Shown piece by piece: positions 20,742 to 30,572 of a stretch of DNA of 64,000 nt (position 1 is the stretch's first letter; the number at the start of each line of letters is the position of its first letter). A program made the position numbers and the translations under genes. The stretch lies in IMG/VR virus record IMGVR_UViG_2840619991_000006, positions 1 to 64,000 of that record. One strand, given 5' to 3'. The stretch is from a virus (Duplodnaviria > Caudoviricetes). The notes under the pieces are model-generated. The model did not search any database. It saw only the letters and a program-made list of their open reading frames with translations, and was not told the origin of the DNA.

Positions 20742-22066
20742 GGGGCCACCCCCGGCGGCAGCGGCTTCATGCTAAAGCCCGTCAGATTATCGAAGCGGAA
20801 GGCGGAGCCTTGGACGGAGCGCAGCATGACTTCGGACGAGATCCAGTGCCGCCCCAGCTCCTGAGCCACCGCGCCGGTGACGTTGCTCCCGGCCATGGGG
20901 TCGTAGACGGTCTCGCCCGGCGACGTGCAGGTCAGGATGATCGAACGCGGCACCTCCGCCGGGAAGCGGGCGCTGTGCCGCGGCAGGCCGGCGGCCCGGC
21001 AGCGGCGGCTGTAGGCGTCCGATCCCGGCGCGCCAGCGGCGACAATCAGGTTGCCCGGCAGCGCGCCGTCGCCCTTCGGTTCGAACGCCTCCTCTCGGAT
21101 GTCGTAGCCGGAGGGGCGGTGGATCTTCATCCCCCTCTTCTTCCGCTCCCACCAACGCAGCGTGCCCGGGCTGAACGGCACCGGCGGGAGCCGGGTGATA
21201 TCCCACGACGGGTTCGCCGCCTTGGACAGCAGGACGACATGTTCGACTTGGTTCTTTGGCCGGACCTTCCTTGTGCTGGTCCACTGGATGTTGCCGATCC
21301 TGGTCGGGCTGAACCATGGCATCCGCCCGGCCAGATGGAGACCACATTCATCGATGGCGCTCAGCACGTAGCGCTCAACGTAGGGCGACAGCGCCGGGGA
21401 GCCCGGCACATGGACATCGCCCAGGTTCAGGGCCAGCGTCCCGGTGTCGGTCAGCAGGTCGCGCCAAAGCGCCGTCAGCCGTCGCATCCAGTCCAACCAC
21501 TGCGGGACATCCATGCGACCGTAATCGCGCGTCACCACCGGGTACGGCGGGCTGGTCAGGATCAGGTCCACCGATTCCGGCTCGATCACGGATGCCGCAT
21601 CTTCTGCATGCGCCCACAACGCGACGCCGAGGTCCGTCGAATAGATCAGCATCGTGACGCCGCGCCGGGCGCGCAGCAGCTTCGCGTGGCCGGGGTCGGC
21701 CAGTTCCCAGACACCGCGGGTGCCGTCGGCGATCAGCCCTTCCATCACGGCGGTCTGCCGGGCCCAGCGGACCTGCTGGTCGAACACCCGGTAGCTCTGA
21801 CCATCGCCGCAGGTCCGGCGCTCCTGGCGGAGACCGTCCGGAACACCAAGGCGCGTGGCGAGCTGCTGGTAGAGGTCGCGGGGCCGCGCCTTGCCGCCGG
21901 CTTCCTCCAGCGCCTCCAGGAGCGGGAGTTGCAGGATGCCCTGGAGCGATGCCTTGCTGGTCCGCTTCCGGGCCTCGGCTTCGGTGGCCTCTCCGCGATG
22001 GACCCGGCGGGCGCGGGCCTTCAGCGCGGCAGCGCTTGGGGTGGTGGCCTTCAGATCCTCGCTCAT
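20738..22066 (-). CDS. Mrr_N winged-helix fused to N4-C/N6-A DNA methyltransferase (beta class)
   Basis: PLLEAL..GG.A...QQVRWAR..GL...RGVWEL (Mrr_N); TSPPY, H.ARFP, YDPMAGS. Confidence 0.85.
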   Translation of the reverse strand: MSEDLKATTPSAAALKARARRVHRGEATEAEARKRTSKASLQGILQLPLLEALEEAGGKARPRDLYQQLATRLGVPDGLRQERRTCGDGQSYRVFDQQVRWARQTAVMEGLIADGTRGVWELADPGHAKLLRARRGVTMLIYSTDLGVALWAHAEDAASVIEPESVDLILTSPPYPVVTRDYGRMDVPQWLDWMRRLTALWRDLLTDTGTLALNLGDVHVPGSPALSPYVERYVLSAIDECGLHLAGRMPWFSPTRIGNIQWTSTRKVRPKNQVEHVVLLSKAANPSWDITRLPPVPFSPGTLRWWERKKRGMKIHRPSGYDIREEAFEPKGDGALPGNLIVAAGAPGSDAYSRRCRAAGLPRHSARFPAEVPRSIILTCTSPGETVYDPMAGSNVTGAVAQELGRHWISSEVMLRSVQGSAFRFDNLTGFSMKPLPPGVAP

Positions 22067-22281
22067 CGGCCCTTCCTCCCGCTCCCGGCTGTCGCCCCGT
22101 ATTCCCGATCCGCGATCCGGTTCACGAATTCCCGTTCCAGATCGTCCTTGAGCATGTCGGGAAAAATGACGATGACGCCGGTTTCCGCCCTGCCCCGCTT
22201 GGCCGCCTCACGGGCGCCGACGCGGGTGGTGTGCAGCCTGCCCAGCGGACACGATGGGGGCTTCGGCGCGCCTCTGGTCAT
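22063..22281 (-). CDS. hypothetical protein
   Basis: ATGA-coupled at both ends. Confidence 0.5.
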   Translation of the reverse strand: MTRGAPKPPSCPLGRLHTTRVGAREAAKRGRAETGVIVIFPDMLKDDLEREFVNRIADREYGATAGSGRKGR

Positions 22282-23486
22282 GCGGCCTCCACAGCGCCAA
22301 GGATTTCGTCCACCAGGGCCTTCGGCGCCGTACAGCCGGGCTTCCCGGGCTGAGGCCCCCATCGGTCATCCCAGGTGCGGGAGTCCCGATAGCGGGTGAG
22401 CCGCTGGCGCCAACGGGCGACCTCTGCGTCCGCCGCAACCGCAGGGCCAACGGAGGCGCCCTGCCGGGGCCGGGAATCAGGCGGTGGACCAGCCTGCACC
22501 TTGCGGAACTTCGCGATCTCAGTGTCCAAGCTGAGGTTGAAGGCGCTCAGGCTTTTCGGCGGCGGCTTCCCGTACTGCCGGGCGTCTTCAGCGGCGCCAG
22601 CCATGCCGCGCTCGATGGTTTCCAGGAGGAGCGCGACGGGCGCGCCCTTGGCCACGTACTGGACGGCCTGGGTTTCGAGGGTCATCCGGTTGGCGGGAAG
22701 ACGGCTGTCACCAGGGAAATGTTTCTCCCGGCTCGCCAGAAATCCATCCACCACCGCCACCACCTCTGGCGAGACGGTCCTTGCGGGTTTGGCGGCGGGG
22801 GTAGGGGGTGGTTGTTTTCCGTTTAAGTTTCCATTTCTATTTGTCTCCGTTGCGGACCCCTGACGGACTCCGTTTCCAACCGCAACGGACTCCGTGACGG
22901 ACGCAGATGAATTCCGTTGGTCATCCGTTACGGATGCCTGACGGATTCCGTTACCACCCTGCCCCTCATCCGTGACGATATCCGTCACGGCACCGTTTCG
23001 GTCGGAAGTGGCTTCCTTAACGCCGTCCGTCTGCGTTCCGTTCGCCTCCGCAGTTTTCGCCTCGCGCTTGGTCCGTCGGGCTTCCGCTGCGGCTTCCGTT
23101 GCGGACTTCGTCTGCGTCTTGGTTTTGCGGGACTTCTCCCACACCTCGATCACTACCTCGGCGACAACCGGGTGGTACCAGCGTCCATCGTTGCAGAGAA
23201 TCCAACCTGTGCCGGACATGATGTCGGCCTTGATAGCCTCCCATTCATCCGGGGGGCACATCGCGGCGTCAGCAAGAAGGTCATCATCATCCGGCAGGCT
23301 GCCGGCTTGCTCATGGCTCGTGAACGCCTCGGTCCACATATTCATGAGGTAGAAGCCGTGCGCAGGCCGCCGCTTACAGCGCACCCAGGTCCGCGACTTG
23401 CGGAGCCGGGTGACATAGAGCGGCATGTAGTCGTATCCGGACAGGTCGATACCAGCGGGAACGAGGGGTTCGGGAAGTTCGTTCAT
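22278..23486 (-). CDS. phage replication initiator (DUF1376-like)
   Basis: YMPLYV.RL..S, AGSLPDDD, DGRWYHPVV; adjacent to dnaB; internal DNA repeats. Confidence 0.7.
   Translation of the reverse strand: MNELPEPLVPAGIDLSGYDYMPLYVTRLRKSRTWVRCKRRPAHGFYLMNMWTEAFTSHEQAGSLPDDDDLLADAAMCPPDEWEAIKADIMSGTGWILCNDGRWYHPVVAEVVIEVWEKSRKTKTQTKSATEAAAEARRTKREAKTAEANGTQTDGVKEATSDRNGAVTDIVTDEGQGGNGIRQASVTDDQRNSSASVTESVAVGNGVRQGSATETNRNGNLNGKQPPPTPAAKPARTVSPEVVAVVDGFLASREKHFPGDSRLPANRMTLETQAVQYVAKGAPVALLLETIERGMAGAAEDARQYGKPPPKSLSAFNLSLDTEIAKFRKVQAGPPPDSRPRQGASVGPAVAADAEVARWRQRLTRYRDSRTWDDRWGPQPGKPGCTAPKALVDEILGAVEAA
22811..23105. repeat. putative phage origin: TCCGTNRCGGA-type repeats plus AT-rich tract inside the initiator gene
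   Basis: Copies at 22846, 22891, 22924, 22969, 22981 and 23095; T-rich tract 22811-22844. Confidence 0.6.
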
Positions 23487-23492
23487 GATGGG

Positions 23493-24929
23493 CTACTCGC
23501 CGCGGTCGAGATTTGAGAACAGGGTGCGGGGGCCGTCGAAGAAGACCTTCACGGTGCCGATGGGGCCGTCCCGGTTCTTCTCGATGATGATCTCGGCAAC
23601 GTTCCGAGCCTCCTCACTGCGCTTGCACCAGCGTTCGTATCGCTCGTTGTACTTCTCCTCCGTCTCATCGGCCCGTTTCGCCGGCTCCTCCCGCGCCAAG
23701 TAGTATTCGTCGCGGTACAGGAACATGATGACGTCGCCGTCCTGCTCGATGGAGCCGGATTGCCGGAGATCCGCCATGTTTGGCCGCTTATCCTCCCGCC
23801 GTTCCAGGTCGCGGTTGAGCTGGCAGAGCAGCAGGACCGGGACGCCGAACTCCTTCCAGATCGAGCAGAGGGCGGAGGTGATCTCCGTGATCTTCGCCGT
23901 CTCGCCTTGGTCCTCCGCTCGCTTGCTGGCGCGCATGCGGTGAAGGTGGTCAACGATGATCAGGCCAAGCCCATGGCGTCGCTTGTGGCGGCGGGCTACC
24001 CGGCGGATGTGCGGGACGGTGACGCCGGGTGTGTCGTCGATATGCAGAGGCAGGGTGCCCAAAGCCTGCTGGGCGTCCATCAATGCAAGCCATTCACCTT
24101 CAGAAAAATCCCCCTGCGTCTGGCGGTCGGACGAGATCCCGGTTTCTGCAGCAAGGTGGCGACGAGACACCTTCTCGGTCGCCATCTCCGTGGAGAAGGC
24201 CAGCACAGAGTGCCCAGCCTTGGCGGCGGCCAGCATGATGGTGTTCAATCCGAGACCGGACTTGCCCATCGAGGGACGGGCACCGAGAACGTAAAGACCG
24301 GGGAGGAGGCCTCCGAGCTTGCGGTCGAGGTCGACGAGCCCTGTCGTCACGCCCAGCACCTGCCCCTTGTTCTTCCAGGCCCGCTCGTTGGCCTCCATAG
24401 CCGCCGCAACGCCATCGGCGGACGACATGACGGGGCGCAGCGCGGAACCGTGGTCGCCAAGGGCGAAGAGTTGCGATTCCGCCTCCTCGATCAGCTTGCC
24501 TGCGCGCATGTCGGGGTCGGGCTGGTAGCCCGTGTTCACCAAATCGAAGCCGACCTCGATCAGTTGCCGACGAAGGAAAGTGTCCCGAATGATCTCGCCG
24601 TAGTCCCGGGCGTTGACCACCGTGACGACATTGGCCACCAAGCGGACGAGATAGGCGGCTCCACCCCCATCCCCGGCCAGATCGGCATCGCTGGCGAAAC
24701 GATCACGGAGGGTCACCGGATCGGCCTTCCGGCCGGCCTCGACCTCTTCGGAGATCGCCGCGAAAATCCTTTGGTGCGCCGGATCGTAGAAATGCTCAGG
24801 CCGAAGGAACTCGCTGACCTTCTCATAGGCCTTGTTGTTGATCAGGATGGCGCCGAGCAGCGCCTGTTCCGCCTCCTCGTTGTGGGGCGGGGTCCGCTCG
24901 ATGTGACCGGGGTTGCCGATGTGGTTCAT
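23493..24929 (-). CDS. dnaB: replicative DNA helicase
   Basis: PPHNEEAEQALLGA, GARPSMGKS, IIVDHL, QLNR, DLRQSGSIEQD, KNRDGP. Confidence 0.95.
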   Translation of the reverse strand: MNHIGNPGHIERTPPHNEEAEQALLGAILINNKAYEKVSEFLRPEHFYDPAHQRIFAAISEEVEAGRKADPVTLRDRFASDADLAGDGGGAAYLVRLVANVVTVVNARDYGEIIRDTFLRRQLIEVGFDLVNTGYQPDPDMRAGKLIEEAESQLFALGDHGSALRPVMSSADGVAAAMEANERAWKNKGQVLGVTTGLVDLDRKLGGLLPGLYVLGARPSMGKSGLGLNTIMLAAAKAGHSVLAFSTEMATEKVSRRHLAAETGISSDRQTQGDFSEGEWLALMDAQQALGTLPLHIDDTPGVTVPHIRRVARRHKRRHGLGLIIVDHLHRMRASKRAEDQGETAKITEITSALCSIWKEFGVPVLLLCQLNRDLERREDKRPNMADLRQSGSIEQDGDVIMFLYRDEYYLAREEPAKRADETEEKYNERYERWCKRSEEARNVAEIIIEKNRDGPIGTVKVFFDGPRTLFSNLDRGE

Positions 24930-25177
24930 TTCAGTGGTTCCCCGAAAAACGTGTTCAGACGGTCGTTGATGACGCGCTGCGCATCGGTGATCTGTTCCGC
25001 CGCCCACCCCAGGGCGGCGCGGTAGGCGCGCTCCGCCTCCAGAAGATCGTCGCGCGTCTTGCGGCAGGGGCTGGCGTCATGCGCCCGCACCGCGGCGGAG
25101 CGCATCTCCAGGAGGCATTCCGCTTCGGTCATGCCCTCCGTGACGACGATCAGGTGCTGTGCGGCCATGATGCTCAT
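24926..25177 (-). CDS. hypothetical protein
   Basis: Coupled ORF. Confidence 0.5.
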   Translation of the reverse strand: MSIMAAQHLIVVTEGMTEAECLLEMRSAAVRAHDASPCRKTRDDLLEAERAYRAALGWAAEQITDAQRVINDRLNTFFGEPLK

Positions 25178-25383
25178 CGCGTTCCTGCCTTTTCCGCCAG
25201 ACGGGCACCGGCAGCCACCGCCACGGCGTCGTGCTCCAGGCTCTGCGCAAGCTGCCGGGTAAGCAGAACGGTACGCACCGAGTAGGCGCGATCTTTCCCA
25301 CGTCGCTCGGCTTGGACTTCCATGGCATGGGCTTCCGCCCGAAGGGCGTTTTCCCGCCCTGGGATGGCTGCGGCAGTGGTCAT
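25174..25383 (-). CDS. hypothetical protein
   Basis: Coupled ORF. Confidence 0.45.
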   Translation of the reverse strand: MTTAAAIPGRENALRAEAHAMEVQAERRGKDRAYSVRTVLLTRQLAQSLEHDAVAVAAGARLAEKAGTR

Positions 25384-25769
25384 TCGATCAGGCCCCGGCT
25401 GGAAGCCGCCGCGCTTGCCCGCTGATAGGACCGCAGCAGGTGATGGCGGCAGTAGGGATGCCGCGCCCCAGGCACCTCCTTTTCCTGGCAGTAGCTCCAA
25501 TCGCTGGACCGGACATCGCCGTCGATCCAGCGGCACCCCCTCGGCTCCTTCGGGCCGCGGTCGCCCGGCTCCGGGCCGGAATCGACAGGTTCCGGCCCGG
25601 CTTCGCGGATGATGCCGAAGTTGCGGCACGCCTCGGCGATAGCGGCCTCGGGGAGTTCAAGAAGTTCGGCAATGGCGGTGACCGACATGCCGAGTTCGAC
25701 ATGCAGTTCCAGGAAGAGGTCTTCTGGGTCGGTGGGCCAGTTGACGAGGGGAGCCGGGGCGCCCATCAC
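25380..25769 (-). CDS. GcrA-like regulator (HTH + CRW..GD...C...PYC..H)
   Basis: GMSVTAIAELL HTH and CRWIDGD...YC...PYCRHH. Confidence 0.65.
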   Translation of the reverse strand: MMGAPAPLVNWPTDPEDLFLELHVELGMSVTAIAELLELPEAAIAEACRNFGIIREAGPEPVDSGPEPGDRGPKEPRGCRWIDGDVRSSDWSYCQEKEVPGARHPYCRHHLLRSYQRASAAASSRGLIE

Positions 25770-27235
25770 CGCCCTCCGGAAATCTGGCGCACCCGTGCGG
25801 CCTTCGCGGTGATCTCCGCCGCCGTCGCGGGCCGGTCATTGAGCCGGAAGGGATGGGCCTTGTTGCTGGGGACGCGGAACACAGGGACCTTCTTGTCGCG
25901 CAGGTATTCGAAATCCGCATCGACATCGGTTGCAGCAGCGACGGGCTTCCGCGCGCCCACCACCTCCTGGAGTTCCAGTTCGGCTTCGGAGAGCTGCCGC
26001 CCCTTGCTCGGCGTCAACGGGACGCGGCGCGGGGAAGCAGCCGGAGCGACGGTTTTCGGCGGCGGGGCTGCGGGGGATTCAGCGGGAGGCGCGTTGCTCT
26101 CGACGGCCGCTTCGACCGCGTTCACCGGCTGCGGGGCCGCCGTGGTCGCCTTGTCAGCCACCATCGTGAAGACGCGCTGCCAGCCTCGAACGACCTCGTT
26201 GCGCCGCTCTCCTTCGGCGCTGACGTAGCAGACGGAAACCCGTCCACGCGACTTCATCATGGAGAGGGTGGCGGAGACCGAGTTCGGGTTCGAATTGATG
26301 TGCGTCGCCAGCGCCTGATTGTCGGGGCACGCTTTCCCTTCACGGGCGAGCTGTAGAAGGTGATCGTAAAGCCGATCCTCCAGCGAGGGGGGAACGTAGA
26401 CCTTTTCCGAAGCCGGAGGCGGAGGCGTGATGCAGCGCTCCACCCCCTGCAAGCCCGCGTCATCAACGGAGCTGTGCGCGGCCGCCGGGCCTTCCGGTTC
26501 CACCGATTCATCGTGAACCTGGGTGGCAACCTCCGGGTTTTGGTCACCATCGGCTTCGACCGGCTGCGGCTGGTCGGGTTGAATTATCGTGTCATCCGGG
26601 GTCGGCGACGTCGCCTCAACTACGGTCTGGGCAGGAGCCTGAACAACGCCCCCGTCCTGCGGATGGCTGAAAATGCTGGGGATATGCGCCGGCTCAACGA
26701 GCATGGGCTCAATGCCCGAGGGTGAGACAAGAGGTGGATTCCATTCCCGCTGATTGACGGCTGCCGCCACTTCCATGCTGGTCAGGTATTCCGGGCGGAT
26801 GAACGAGTCCGGCAACTCGATGATCAGGACGCCGTTCTCAACCTCGATCTGCTTCGGGCCTTGCGTCGGGCACTTCTCGGTCACGCAGACCGGTGGAAGG
26901 GAGGACGCGAAATGCAGGGCCGCATTCTCGGCCTTATCGTTCTTCACACCGACCTGATATTCCTTCGTCGCGGCTCCGAAGAGTTTCCGCCCGGCATCCG
27001 GATCGCACAGCGCGATGAACTGGCCGTCGACGTAGATCGCGGCTTTCTGACCGGAAGCCGTGATTCCGATTTGCTTTCCAAGCTCGCGGGAAAAGGTGAT
27101 GTCGAGACGCGCCGCCGAGACATGGCGGCCGGCACGGGCCGGCTGGATGGCGACGCGGACCAGCGGGAGGGTGGACGGCTTGTTGATGACGAGCGGCTTC
27201 AGATTGAGTCGAGAAAGCAGGCTCATGGGGATCAT
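25766..27235 (-). CDS. hypothetical protein with internal winged HTH
   Basis: CPDNQALATHINSNPNSVSATLS..K.RG; Pro/acidic linkers. Confidence 0.55.
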   Translation of the reverse strand: MIPMSLLSRLNLKPLVINKPSTLPLVRVAIQPARAGRHVSAARLDITFSRELGKQIGITASGQKAAIYVDGQFIALCDPDAGRKLFGAATKEYQVGVKNDKAENAALHFASSLPPVCVTEKCPTQGPKQIEVENGVLIIELPDSFIRPEYLTSMEVAAAVNQREWNPPLVSPSGIEPMLVEPAHIPSIFSHPQDGGVVQAPAQTVVEATSPTPDDTIIQPDQPQPVEADGDQNPEVATQVHDESVEPEGPAAAHSSVDDAGLQGVERCITPPPPASEKVYVPPSLEDRLYDHLLQLAREGKACPDNQALATHINSNPNSVSATLSMMKSRGRVSVCYVSAEGERRNEVVRGWQRVFTMVADKATTAAPQPVNAVEAAVESNAPPAESPAAPPPKTVAPAASPRRVPLTPSKGRQLSEAELELQEVVGARKPVAAATDVDADFEYLRDKKVPVFRVPSNKAHPFRLNDRPATAAEITAKAARVRQISGGR

Positions 27236-27240
27236 CCCTT

Positions 27241-28128
27241 CTACGGGGTTTCGTTCAGCCGGCGCCGGGTGATCGGCAGGCTCGGCAAGGTGGGTTGGGC
27301 ATCGCGCAGGGCTTGGGCGCGCTCACGCTTGGCTGTGGCGACGGCACGCGCCTCATCGTGCTCCCACGCATCGGCGGCAGCTTCCAAGACGAGTGCTGGG
27401 CCGTGGTTGGTCGTCTCGTCTCGGCGGGCCTGCCGGGCGCGGGCTCGGAGCCACACAGCGGGGTTGCAGTGCAGGGTGGCGCTCATGCGGCGGCACCCCC
27501 CTGCTTTCACCGGGACCTGGATCTCGCCGATGCCGGCTGCGGCGAGTTGGTCGATCTCCTGGAAAGCGGTTGTCAGATCGGGCGCCGTCGTGAACAGGCC
27601 AACGGCCCGGAGACGGCGGTCGAACGCGCTGGCCAGGGGCTTTGCCTGCTCCAGGATCTCGGCATCCTCCGGCGCTTCCGGGTCTGCGGCGCAGCGCTCC
27701 ACATCCTCCATGATGGAGAGGACAGCGCCGTGAAAGGCGGAGCCGGCGCGCAGCGTCAGGAAGTCGGTCAGCAGCAGAGCGTCGGTCCAGCGGACCGCTG
27801 CCCGGTAGATCAGCGTCGCAGGCGCGGCCGGCGGCGCGGCCTCGAAGGCCATCCCCACCGCCCATGCGGTGACGCCGGACGCGATGCGCTGCACGTTCAC
27901 GGGCAGCGAGGCGAACGGCTCCGCGACGGCGGCCTCCAGCTTCGGCAGCAGTCCAGCGAAGAAGCTCCTACGGGCCTTGGGCGCGCGGGGGTCCGCCGCG
28001 ATGGTCCTGGTAGCGGCAAACAGCATCACCGCCGGCACCGCCATCTCGATGACGGGCCGATGCGCTGCGTTGCGCGCGATCCATGTCCGGTTCGCCGTGG
28101 CGACCCTGATCGGGGAGCTGGTCGTCAT
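27241..28128 (-). CDS. hypothetical protein (possibly two genes fused by a homopolymer indel at about 27496-27501)
   Basis: ATGA coupling to the MT-A70 gene; internal ATG at 27486. Confidence 0.5.
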   Translation of the reverse strand: MTTSSPIRVATANRTWIARNAAHRPVIEMAVPAVMLFAATRTIAADPRAPKARRSFFAGLLPKLEAAVAEPFASLPVNVQRIASGVTAWAVGMAFEAAPPAAPATLIYRAAVRWTDALLLTDFLTLRAGSAFHGAVLSIMEDVERCAADPEAPEDAEILEQAKPLASAFDRRLRAVGLFTTAPDLTTAFQEIDQLAAAGIGEIQVPVKAGGCRRMSATLHCNPAVWLRARARQARRDETTNHGPALVLEAAADAWEHDEARAVATAKRERAQALRDAQPTLPSLPITRRRLNETP

Positions 28129-28835
28129 GCTGCTTCTCCCTGGAAGAAATCGACCTGATCTCCCCAGGCCGCCCAGCCGGGCCGGCGCTGCCGCGCAAAA
28201 ATCTCGACCTTCGGAACGCCGGGGAACATGCGCTCCAGAGCCTCGTGCATCTCCGGCGGTTTGCGGGAATGCTCCCTCAGCAGCCCGATAAGCGCGTCCA
28301 GCTCCAGTTCGGCGCCTGTCTCGACCTCGGTGAGGATGCCGTTGCGCTCCCGATGGCTGCGGACCTTCGGCGCGCCGATCGAGCCGGTCAGGAACGGCTC
28401 GCAGCAGCCGCGGAAGCCGTACCCGGTGCCCATGGCTGTCTTGCCGGTCTTGGTCACCTTGAACCAAGCACCGCCGCTCTTCGGTTCGAATCCCCAGGCC
28501 CGCAGCGTGTCGCTCGCCCAGCCTGGCGCGACGAAGTTCCAGAGGGTCCACATCACGACGAAGCAGTTCGGCGCAGCCAGCTGCCCGACCGGCAGCGCCT
28601 GGATGTCCTCAAGCGGCATGCAGTCGTACTTGCCCTGCGGCGCCTTCTTGGTCCCGGTTTCCTCCGAATACATCTGCTGCAACCAAGGTGGGTCGATCAG
28701 GATGAGGCCATAGCCACACGGCTTCAGCTCCTCCCCCCAGAACCAGCCGGGCACCGACGCCAGCGGTTCACGAGCCGCCGGGGCCGAGATCGGCGGCAAG
28801 TCGAGCAGCAGGGAGGGGCCGGTGAAGAGGCTCAC
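28125..28835 (-). CDS. MT-A70 family adenine methyltransferase
   Basis: LIDPPW, Y..M, AWGF, W.K, G.GY..R, HSRKP, EIFAR, GW.AWGDQ. Confidence 0.9.
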   Translation of the reverse strand: MSLFTGPSLLLDLPPISAPAAREPLASVPGWFWGEELKPCGYGLILIDPPWLQQMYSEETGTKKAPQGKYDCMPLEDIQALPVGQLAAPNCFVVMWTLWNFVAPGWASDTLRAWGFEPKSGGAWFKVTKTGKTAMGTGYGFRGCCEPFLTGSIGAPKVRSHRERNGILTEVETGAELELDALIGLLREHSRKPPEMHEALERMFPGVPKVEIFARQRRPGWAAWGDQVDFFQGEAA

Positions 28836-29044
28836 AGTCCCAGCCCCCGTCGATGCTTGCGCTGCTCCTTGACCACCACGTCGATGGCGTCCAGCCGGGC
28901 GTCCAGCGCGGCCTCGCAGTTCACGCGGGCACGGCGGAGGGCTTCAGCATCGCCGCCCAGCGCCGCGGCGCGGTACAACTCGATATGCGCGTTGAGAGAT
29001 GCGGTCGTCGCCAGTTCGGCATCGATGGCGGTTCCCAGGCTCAT
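28832..29044 (-). CDS. hypothetical protein
   Basis: GGAGG RBS, coupled. Confidence 0.5.
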   Translation of the reverse strand: MSLGTAIDAELATTASLNAHIELYRAAALGGDAEALRRARVNCEAALDARLDAIDVVVKEQRKHRRGLGL

Positions 29045-29046
29045 GG

Positions 29047-29268
29047 TCAGTGCCTCCGCTCAGTGGTGAGGAAGAAGTCCGCCCACACTTGGCCGGCGGC
29101 CAGCCACCACGCGGCCAAGCCGGGATCTGGCGTGAAGGCGGCGACCGTTGCGAAGGTGCGGCGCGTGGCATCGGCCAGCCGCACGGCGGGATCTGCGGAG
29201 GCGACAAGGCGCCGGTAGCAGACCGGGCGTTCCAGGCGGTGTCCATTGACGGCAACGAGCTGCAGCAT
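29047..29268 (-). CDS. hypothetical protein
   Basis: GGAGG RBS before ATG at 29268. Confidence 0.45.
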   Translation of the reverse strand: MLQLVAVNGHRLERPVCYRRLVASADPAVRLADATRRTFATVAAFTPDPGLAAWWLAAGQVWADFFLTTERRH

Positions 29269-29513
29269 GGTCGTCCTCCCTCGAATCGTTGTCGGTGGTG
29301 TCGGTGTCGAGACCGGACAGCGCTCCCTGGCGCGGGTCGGTCGGGTTTTTCGGAACTTGCATGCGGGCAAGCTTCGCCTTCACGGCGCCTGCGCTCCGCC
29401 CGACGGCGTGCGCAGTGACGGCTTCGAGCTTGCCGGCGCGGCGGTCCTTCTCGGCCCGGCGTTTCTCGCCGGGTGTCCACCGGGGTCTGGGGGTGTAGCG
29501 GCGGCAGGGCATT

Positions 29514-30572
29514 TCATGCGGCCTTCTCGGTTCGAGTGGCGCATGCGTCCTTCAGCAGACCGGCGGCCATGGCCGCGCCGAGGAAGTACCGGACCGTCGT
29601 CTCACGGTTGGCGACCGCCTTGGCAATCACCGGCACCTGATCGGCCATGCTGCCCAGATCGGCGTCGGCGGGCTCCGCCGGCAGCGCGGCGCCACGCTCC
29701 AGGTCCAGGAGCGCGCGGCAGTGGGCAGGGGAATCGGCGATGAGTTGCTGTTGCAGGGAAAGGTAGGCGCCGGGCGTGAGACCACCCTGCCCCGAAACCG
29801 CCACCTTCGGCTCCCAGCCGGGCCGGACGCGCGGCCCCCACTTAGGGGCGTCGGCCAGCACCTTGGCGAAGACATCGGGATGCTGCTTCCGGAAGTCCGG
29901 CAGCGCATAGCCGGCGGCGAACGCCGGCATGCCGATGGCGTCTGTCTCCGATCCGGCGACCGGCTTCAGCCAGTGCGCGCCCCAGACGATCCAGCGCCTG
30001 ATATCGAGATTCAGCGCTTTGAAATCGGCGCGGGTGACGTAGCCGGTCAGTTCCAGAAGCGCGGCGACCTTCAGCGCCTTGATCTTCCAATCGGTGAGCT
30101 GGATCGGAGCCGGGGCGCCCGCCGTCACGTCCGGGACGTATTCCGGAAGGGGGCAACGCTTCAGAGGACCCGCTTCGAACCAGTGCTCACCCCACCAGAT
30201 CCGCCCAGTCTTCGACGGCAGTTCAGGTGAGAACCTCTCCCTGACGTAATAGTGGGTCTTGGGGGAGATCGTGATGACGGTGATGCCGCAGAACTCCGCG
30301 ACCGTGGCCAGCGCACCGTCCGCACCAGCCGGAACCAGCACCGCGCGGCAATCGGGGCCGCACCGGTCGTGATATTGCTCGACGGCTTGCGCCAGCACAT
30401 GCCCGTTCAATCGGAGCTTCGCCTGGATGCCGACCTGAAAGCCGTCGGCATTCCGAACCAGCAGGATGTCCCATCCCGCGGTCTCGGCATAGGAAGTCCA
30501 ATCTGGCCCGACCAGCGCGAGGAAGGCGGCACACATTTCGGCTTCGGTGGCGAAGGGTTTCTCCGCCGCCAT
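29514..30572 (-). CDS. hypothetical protein, possible PD-(D/E)XK fold
   Basis: YAETAGWDILLV...GIQAK...AQA. Confidence 0.5.
   Translation of the reverse strand: MAAEKPFATEAEMCAAFLALVGPDWTSYAETAGWDILLVRNADGFQVGIQAKLRLNGHVLAQAVEQYHDRCGPDCRAVLVPAGADGALATVAEFCGITVITISPKTHYYVRERFSPELPSKTGRIWWGEHWFEAGPLKRCPLPEYVPDVTAGAPAPIQLTDWKIKALKVAALLELTGYVTRADFKALNLDIRRWIVWGAHWLKPVAGSETDAIGMPAFAAGYALPDFRKQHPDVFAKVLADAPKWGPRVRPGWEPKVAVSGQGGLTPGAYLSLQQQLIADSPAHCRALLDLERGAALPAEPADADLGSMADQVPVIAKAVANRETTVRYFLGAAMAAGLLKDACATRTEKAA

Noticed and set aside
20810-22399. 529-aa plus-strand ORF
   Set aside because: Antisense to the methyltransferase; Arg/Gly-rich shadow composition
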